Assembly: GCA_000004695.1 (NCBI GenBank)
Contig: CM000153.2
Coordinates: forward strand, 1,888,001-1,952,000
DNA: 64,000 nt
Reading direction: 5' to 3'
Source of the DNA: Dictyostelium discoideum
Lineage: Eukaryota
Shown: positions 56,597 to 64,000 of the stretch, piece by piece
How the letters are laid out: every line of letters starts with the position of its first letter
How positions within the stretch are numbered: position 1 is the first letter of the stretch
Notes under the pieces: model-generated
What the model was told of the DNA's origin: nothing
The model's database searches: none
What the model saw: only the letters and a program-made list of their open reading frames with translations
Program-made: the position numbers and the translations under genes

Positions 56597-56670
56597 CACT
56601 GCCTTAAGGGTAGCGAGTTTTCACACTAAAATGCACTACCTTAACGGTAGTAAGTTTTCACACTGAAATC
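56597..56670 (+). repeat. two tandem 37-nt units, each a hairpin around a CCTTAAGG / CCTTAACGG core
   Basis: CACTGCCTTAAGGGTAGCGAGTTTTCACACTAAAATG followed by CACTACCTTAACGGTAGTAAGTTTTCACACTGAAATC. The stems are CTGCC/GGTAG and CTACC/GGTAG. CACCACCTCGCCCACGTGGGAAAAATTTACGTGGTGAG comes next. Confidence 0.6.
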
Positions 56671-56764
56671 CACCACCTCGCCCACGTGGGAAAAATTTAC
56701 GTGGTGAGTTTTTAATTTCGGTTGTAAAAATTTTTAAACATAAAATCAAATATAAAAAAAAAAA

Positions 56765-56858
56765 TTTTCAAATAAAGATCGTAATCAATTTTTAATTTTT
56801 CCAACATAATCAACCTTATTATTTTTTATTTATTTCTTAATTTTTTTATAGTATTTCT
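56765..56858 (+). repeat. left copy of a direct repeat of about 85 bp; its partner is at 58105..58190
   Basis: TTTTCAAATAAAGATCGTAATCAATTTTTAATTTTTCCAACATAATCAACCTTATTATTTTTTATTTATTTCTTAATTTT aligns with TTTTTAAAATAAAGATTATAATCAAATTTTGTAAATTTCCCAACATAATCAACCTTGTTATATTATGTATTTCTTAATTT. Confidence 0.5.
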
Positions 56859-57039
56859 CAAATAAAAGATTTTAACATGAGCAATAATTTAGGGGAGTAT
56901 TTAAGTTATTTTATTAAATAATAAATAATAAATTTTAAATTATTGTGGAAATGTTCAACATGGTAGCTTCTCTACATTTGGATAAATATATAAAATAATT
57001 ATAAAAAAAGATATATAATACAAAAATTTTATATACTAA

Positions 57040-57041
<2 letters not shown>

Positions 57042-57109
<68 letters not shown>
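57042..57109 (+). repeat. poly(A) tract, A68
   Basis: Homopolymer read directly from the sequence. It sits inside the island, between the left direct repeat and the GC-rich core. Confidence 0.95.
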
Positions 57110-57110
<1 letters not shown>

Positions 57111-58104
57111 ATCAACATTCCGATTTTGATCATGAGGAAATTTACCTACGCTCTACCAATTTCCCTTTGGTAGGGCGTAGGTCTCGTAAGCCCAATAGTT
57201 CAATACCAAAGGGATCAACAAAGATTCTTTTGAGCGAACGGATCATAGTGAAGATAGAGTAAGTGGCAGCCCTATAGACGCTTATGATAAACGAGGTATG
57301 AATAGTATGGATACAGCACAGATCTAGCAGAAAACATCAGAACCTCAGATAATCAGGCCATAGTGGTAAATTGTAAGGATATGGAAGTCAAAACTTCAAC
57401 TCAACAATCAGTGGTCTGAAAAACTACTGGATTGGATGAGTATCAAAGACCGTCCAACTTAGCAAGTCTCAGTGATGACGTGAATTTTCTAAAAGGTGAT
57501 GATCAACTTAAAGTATATTATTGGCAGAACCTCAATTAAAGTCAAAAAGTTAAAAGCTAAGACTGTTAAGCAACTAATGGTAAATGTTAAAAACCCAATA
57601 TCCATTGAACAACGTAAACAAGCTGTTGTAAAATTCATTAAAGATCCAACCACCGACCAAAGGTTTATTAGTGGATTAATGGATTTGGTTAATTTTCAAA
57701 ATTCTCACTCAATGAATAGTAACAAACCAGATAAAACTAAATTTGAATTAATTAGTAACATATGTTTCAAATGATGCATTGACATTCTCTTGGACAAGAA
57801 ATCATTAGATTTAGAAAACCAACGTGGTAAACCATAACTATAATACCTCATAATAATCTTAAACACTAAACCTTGGATTCCAGCCTCATCTTGAACTTTA
57901 AATGGTTCAAAAGAAATTAACATTTTTAATAAATTTGGTGCAATCTGAAATCCAGTTGAAAGAAGAGGTGGTAAATCATTGGAAAGAACATCATAACATT
58001 TTAAGGTTATTATCAGATTTAATATTTTGAAAATTAAAATCTAAAGGCGGAGTGTTGTTTCAGTATAAAAATAATTATAAATAATTTCCAATATAAATAG
58101 AAAA

Positions 58105-58190
58105 TTTTTAAAATAAAGATTATAATCAAATTTTGTAAATTTCCCAACATAATCAACCTTGTTATATTATGTATTTCTTAATTTATTTTA
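58105..58190 (+). repeat. right copy of the direct repeat of about 85 bp
   Basis: See 56765..56858. Confidence 0.5.
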
Positions 58191-58518
58191 AAAAAACAAA
58201 AAGTTTCACAAATTACACATTAAGTAAAAAAGTTTTAAAAATGAAAAAAATTCTTGTCATAATTCAACTTTTTTAAAAAAAAAAAAAAAATTATACAAAT
58301 TAATTAAAAGATAAAAGTATTTATATTTTTTAGGGTTACTATTTTAAAATATAGAACATATGGGACAAATTTAAAATAAAATTAAGAAATATTCATTTTT
58401 TTTTTATTTTTTATATCACTTTGTGTGTTTACTAAATTAATAATATTGTTTTTTTAAATGATTGTTTTTTATTTTATTTAAATTTATTTAATAAGATGAG
58501 TGATTGAAAATAAGGTTT

Positions 58519-59726
58519 TTATTGTTGCCAAATTGAAATTGAACCAGCTTCAGTACCAGTTAATAAAATTGGTTTATTTGAAGATTGATTAATTGAAACA
58601 TTTAAAGAATGAATTGATTCATTTGAAGATTGAGATAAGAAAGGAGAGATAGAATCTTTTATTTCAGTACCAGTTGTTAAACTCCAAAGACAAAGACCAC
58701 GATCAGTACCAATGATTAGAGAAGAACCATCAGAGTCCAAACAATGAATTTCACCTTTTACTTTGAAACTAAAGATTTCTGAACCTTCTATACCAATCAA
58801 TTTTACAGAGCCATCAATACAAGCGGTGATAATTCTCGATCCATCAGGAGTGAATTTAATACACACCAACTCGTCAAAGAAACAACTGATTCTACGAATC
58901 AATTGAAGTGTGAGTAAATCGTAGAAATAGAGATAACCATCGCTTGAGCCCGCACAAAATATGGTACCATTTGAACTGATATCGATCGACCTTATCTCAG
59001 TATCTGAATCTACGAAATCTGCAATTGGTGTTTTTTCAATGGAGATTGCACCATTGGATTGTCTATGAGTTCTCCAAACCTTTACAGATGAATCCCAACT
59101 ACCCGATACCAATATATTGTTATTATGTAACTTTAGACATGATACAGCATCACTATGACCCGGTATTGAATAACTTATACTACCATTTCCCACTGAATAG
59201 ACATAAATATTATTATCCCATGAACCAATGATAATATATTTCTCATCCTTTGATAATTGAAAAGATGATAATGCCAAATTACAAAGATTTAATGATCTAA
59301 TTTGTCTCTTTTCTTTTAAAGAGTAAATCTTTAAACAACTATCCAATGATACTGAATAAATGGTTTCACTATTATTTGATAAATATAATGCACTAATCTT
59401 ATCTTTATGTAATTTTATATTTTGATTAAATTTTAAAAAATTTAATGATCCCCAATTATTACTATTATTTCTTTCTTCGCCTAAAAATGTTAAATTTTCA
59501 TTTTCATCATTTAAATTTTCATTTTCATTATTAAAATTATTATCATTATTTTCAAAACCATTACTATTTTTTATATTATCACTACTATTACTATTACTAT
59601 TATTTTTTTTATCATTACTATTTTCATTATTCTCATTATTTAAACTATTTATATTTTCAATATTATTTATATTATTATTTATATTACTATCTATATAATT
59701 ATTATTTAAATTACTATTACTATTAC

Positions 59727-59760
<34 letters not shown>

Positions 59761-62085
59761 TAAATTATTATCATTATCATTATTTAATTCATTAATATTA
59801 CAATTATTTAATTCATCAAAAATGAAATTAATATTTTGTTCTAAATCACTTAATTCAATTTTTAAATTTTGATTTCTTAATTGTTGTGGTAAACGTTGTG
59901 GATGAGGAGTTTTAAAGATTTGTCTTGGTGTTTGACCAAACTCATTGATTTGAGCTTCCATACCTTCACGTTCGAATGGATTAGTGATTGATTCAATATC
60001 TATACTACCTTCATAGGTTAAATGATAAAATAAATTATTAGCTCTAACTGCTTCTTCACCTTTTTGTTTATAACCAAATATTAAATCGATCCAATGATGA
60101 AGATTTTGTGATACATATTCAGACTCCAATGCTTGATGTAATTTACTAATGAAATCTTTTGGTGATGAAGCCCATGGTGGTAAAATAATATCATTAATTA
60201 CATTATTATCTTGACGAATACCTAATGGTAAATTTTCGGAATTTGTTAAAAAAATACCATTTTCAAAATTATCATCATCATCGCCGCCGCCGCCATTTCT
60301 ACTACTACTTGATGATTCAAATGATGGTTTATAAAATTCTGGAATTAATTCTTTAACATCTGTTGTACTATTTAAAACTGAATTCCAAGTTTCTTCAATT
60401 GAATAAAACATACGATTTGGTGAATCGAATCTACCATTTTGTAAACGTAACATATACTCTGGTACTTGTCTAACTAAAAAGTATAATACATAAGCTGGTG
60501 TTGAATAATGTGTACCATAGAGGAATTTTGGTTGATCATCGGGAATCTGATGATAACGATCTTGAAATGTGGCTAATCTAGTTGGATTTAGTGCACCAAT
60601 TGGTTTGGATAAATCTCTAAAGGTCTCATTTCTATTTAGATCCAATGTTGTAGATTGGTAATCCGCTATAATCCATGGGAAAACAGGATACTGCGTCAAA
60701 TCATTGAATGTTCTACCTGCTAAATTATTCAAATACAATAGATAATCGTAGTTTGATATGATACCATTTTGCCACTTTAATAGATAATTAGCCTGTTCAT
60801 TGATATGCATTATATTGGTACATAAATGTTTAACCAATAAATCATAGACTTGATTACGTGTGATTGTGTTATTAAATTTTAAGAATAAACTTGACCCATC
60901 ATCGAAAAACAATTCCAAACCAATCTCTCTTAAACTATGTCTTCTTTGTAATACCCTAATGATCGATTGTAAACTATAATTCTTTAATCGATTCTCTTCA
61001 ATGTTATTCATTGGTTGAAAGTATAATCTTGCATTTGTAATTAATAATCTACCTGGATTCTCTACCAATGGTGAAATTTTTGAACATTTTAATTCTAATA
61101 TATTCCTTTCATTCATATCAACCAATTGTGTTATATCAAAAAATATTTTATTCTCTCTATCTTCTACCATTTGTTTAATCAATTCATCCCTTTGAATCTT
61201 TTCTTTACCAGAATAATTATGAAATACTTTCATAACATCTAATACTATATTTTGTTTTACATAATTAAATGAAAATTTAAAATCTATATTATTATACTTT
61301 TTTTTAAAATTAAAAAAAAAAAAAAAAAAGAGTATTAATCATCAATAAAATTATATTATAAATATATATATAATGTTAATTTTAACATTTTTACTTACTT
61401 GTTTAAATATATATGGATGATTTCTAGAATTTTCTTTCATTTCAATAACTTGTGATGATTTTACATAGAAAATATCCCCTTTACTTGCTAAGAATGAAGG
61501 TTTTGCTTGTTCAAATAATTGTGATAATAATGGTGATGGTGGATTTGGACTAACTGAAAATGATGTATATGGATTGGTTGCAATGGTTGGGGTTGGTGCT
61601 ATAGATGTTGGTTGTGGAGTTGGTGGTGTTGGAGTTGGTGTTGGTGGTGTTGGTGTTGTTACTTTTGAAGTTAATGATGAAAATGATAATAATCTAGAAA
61701 AAGCTGAACGTGTTGGTGAAGGTTGTTCAACAACTATTGGTGGTGTTGGTGTTGGTGTTGGCTTTGATGGTGATAATATTGATTGTGGTATTGGTTGTGG
61801 TGTTGGTAAATGAGCAGGTGGTGCTGATGATAATGAATTTAACCATGCTCCTATACTTGACATATCTTTATATGGAAATTTCATTATTGGTAATTTTGAA
61901 TCGTCAGGTTCAAAAAACATTGAGCTTGAACAAACTAATATTCTACCTGCTATTCTCTTTTGCCATGATTCTTCCTCTGTATTTGACGGTGGATAAAAAA
62001 TTGCACTATAATCATCAAAATAATATTCTCCTTCATCCATTAATGTTAGATTAAATCTAACTTTATTTATATTTTTTGAAAACAT
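58519..62085 (-). CDS. lvsF: FAN/NSMAF-like BEACH-domain protein with GRAM/PH, BEACH and WD40 domains (2 exons, 1154 aa), probably lvsF
   Basis: Exons 62085..61399 (donor CAA|GTAAGT) and 61296..58519. It is collinear with human FAN: EYYFDDYSAIFYPP..RILVCSSSMFFEPDDSKLPIMKFP, PLVENPGRLLITNARLYFQP, LKWQNGIISNYDYLLYLNNLAGRTFNDLTQYPVFPWII and the C-terminal WD repeats. The length of 1154 aa equals what I recall for LvsF. Confidence 0.8.
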
Positions 62086-62406
62086 TTTAAAATGTTTCTA
62101 TTCTATTTTTTTTTTTTTCTCCTATCTCTTTTTTTTTTTTATTATTAAATGTGTTTATGTGTGTGTGGTATTTTTTTTTTTTTATTATTACTAGCAACTT
62201 TAAATAAAAAATTTTAAAAAAAAAAAAAAAAAGAAAAATAATAAAAAAAAATATAAAAAAATAAAAAAGCACACAAATTGGTTTTTTATGGACTTTTGAT
62301 TTTATAGTTGTTATTGTTATTATAATAAAGATTTTTTTTTGAAATGGTTTTGGAAAATGAAAAATAAAAAAAATAAATAAAATAAAAAAAAAAAAAAATA
62401 AAAAAA

Positions 62407-62447
<41 letters not shown>

Positions 62448-62552
62448 TGATATTAATTTTTTCTCATTCCCACCCAAATCCCAAAATACATGTATTTGAA
62501 AAAGGTGGAAATAATAAAATTAAATAAATAAATATATATAATTTTATAAACT

Positions 62553-63459
62553 ATGTCAGACTTAAGAGAAATTGTAAGTACTTTAAATTACTTTTTGTTT
62601 AATTAATAAATTAATAAATTTTTTTTTTTTTTTTATGTTTTTATTATTAATATCAATATTAATCAATATTATTATAATTACAGAATAGATTAAATAAAGA
62701 TGAAGAATTTGAATATTTTAAACTTTATTCAAATAGTAATGGATTTAGAAAATGGAATTTAGATGAACATAATATATTTAGTAAAGCAAGTTTAGAATAT
62801 AATTTTTTAAAACCTGATCAAATGATAGAGATACTTAAATTAGTTAATCAACATAATTCAAATACATCATGTAAAGCAAGAACATTGGAAGAATTGAATA
62901 TTCATATTAAAGTTTATCAAAACTTTTTAAATAAACAACAAGCACTTAGATCACCAACAACAGGTAGTTTAAATATTAGTGGATTTGGTAATCCTATTAC
63001 AAGTGGTGGTGGTGGTCTTGGTGTATTGGGTGGTGGTGGTGGTGGTGGAGGTATTTCTAGTAGTAGTCTTGGAGGGCTAAGTGGTAGTGGTTTATTTTTA
63101 AATACAATGGTAAATAATACTTTTCAAACAATTTTAGATTCTCTAGATGGCAATAGTAGTAATAATAACAATAATAATATTCCTTCAACATCAAGTGTTA
63201 AAGATGTAGTATCAATTGGTATTAACCCATTATTTCAAAAAAGTGTACAATCTCAATCACAACTACCAACAGCAACTAATAATAATAATAAACAACCATT
63301 AGAATTAATTTCAAAACCAATACCTACAGCAACAGCAACAGCAACAACAACAGCAACAACAACAACAACAACCATTCAACCACCAATTGGTGGTACTAAA
63401 AATACAGTAAACAAAGAAATAGAACAAGATAGTAATGATAATGATAATAATAACAATAC

Positions 63460-63510
<51 letters not shown>

Positions 63511-63771
63511 AGAAAAAGAAAAACAATACTTAAATTATATTAATAATAGTCTTGGTGAATTAAATAAAAAGGATTTAAAACTTTTGAATGAACCATGGAC
63601 AGTTGAAGATCAAAAGAAATTAGAAGATGCATTAACTAAATATCCACCAAGTAGATTTAGTAGTGTTTCTAGATGGCAAATGGTTTCAAAAGAGTTGGGT
63701 ATTTCACCAAAAGCTGTAGCATTAAGGTATAATCAAATGTTAAATCAATTAATTCCCAAAAAACCTTCTCT

Positions 63772-63811
<40 letters not shown>

Positions 63812-64000
63812 CCAACAACAACAACAACAACAACGACAAAACCTGAACAATCAATTAAATCTGAAGAAGAGGAACAAACAACTGGTAAAAGAAAGTCAAG
63901 ATCATCATTTTCATCACCTTCATCATCATCAAAAGAATCACCAAATAAAAAAGAAAAAACTACTCATGATACTACTACAACTACTAATACTGCTACTACT
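62553..64000 (+). CDS. Myb/SANT-domain protein, 5' part only; the ORF runs past the window end
   Basis: Exons 62553..62573 (MSDLREI, donor GTAAGT) and 62684..>64000 (acceptor TTACAG). A SANT-like repeat reads WTVEDQKKLEDALTKYPPSRFSSVSRWQMVSKELGISPKAVALRYNQM, and a second SANT-like segment lies near the N-terminus (FRKWNLDEHNIFSKASLEYNF). Gly-rich and poly-N/T/Q tracts are present. There is no stop before 64000, so the ORF is absent from the track. Confidence 0.6.

Larger units (their letters stand above)
56560..58300. mobile_element. GC-richer island of about 40% GC: possible mobile-element remnant (TRIM/LARD-like or a non-LTR 3' fragment) or a structured ncRNA locus
   Basis: From left to right: tandem 37-nt hairpin units at 56597..56670, a CCCACGTGGG palindrome, an A68 tract at 57042..57109, a GC-rich core at 57110..58090 full of inverted repeats (for example CCCTTTGGTA..TACCAAAGGG), and about 85-bp direct repeats, about 85% identical, at 56765..56858 and 58105..58190. 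There is no long ORF and no tRNA gene nearby. Confidence 0.25.

Noticed and set aside
57110-58090. GC-rich core as a NUMT or rDNA fragment
   Set aside because: I could find no recognisable rRNA or mitochondrial gene motif. The flanking direct repeats and the A-tract fit a repeat-element origin better. This stays unresolved.
61574-62054. Plus-strand ORFs (Gly/Val-rich and Leu/Val-rich) inside lvsF exon 1
   Set aside because: They are antisense frames of the Pro/Thr-rich ACC/CCA-rich coding insert and have no independent support.

Overview
The window looks like Dictyostelium discoideum-type nuclear DNA. Intergenic regions and introns are almost pure A/T with homopolymer runs up to about 80 nt, exons are about 30-40% GC, introns are short (70-210 nt) with GTAAGT/GTATGT donors and AG acceptors, and proteins carry poly-Asn, poly-Ser and poly-Thr tracts. 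I see 23 protein-coding genes. Almost all are split by 1-4 introns, so the ORF track shows fragments; several internal exons have no ATG and are missing from the track, and some track ORFs start at TTG or GTG translated as M. In map order the genes are:
- a 5-exon secreted/transmembrane Cys-rich protein
- histidine acid phosphatase
- a type-I phosphoribosyltransferase-domain protein
- a PAP2 lipid phosphate phosphatase
- a DCN1-like protein with the cullin-neddylation PONY domain
- a Yae1/Lto1-type deca-GX3 protein
- three tandem divergent standalone FabD/AT-like acyltransferases
- a 638-aa hypothetical protein
- an MFSD1-like MFS transporter
- exportin-5
- a DUSP-UBL-USP deubiquitinase
- NOC2L
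- a syntaxin-6-like Qc-SNARE
- a LisH-RasGEF
- a ubiquitin-like domain fused to an ERCC4 nuclease domain
- filactin (Ist1-like domain, filamin repeats and an actin domain)
- three tandem GH47 alpha-1,2-mannosidase paralogs, the middle one with a premature stop
- the FAN-like BEACH-WD protein, probably lvsF (1154 aa)
- a partial double-SANT protein that runs off the window end
I found no rRNA, tRNA or CRISPR. The most unusual non-genic structure is a GC-richer island of about 1.7 kb at 56.5-58.3 kb. It has tandem hairpin units, a CCCACGTGGG palindrome, an A68 tract and about 85-bp direct repeats flanking a 1.25-kb core, and may be a mobile-element remnant or a structured ncRNA locus. Every product call rests on motifs I read from the translations; nothing was searched against a database.
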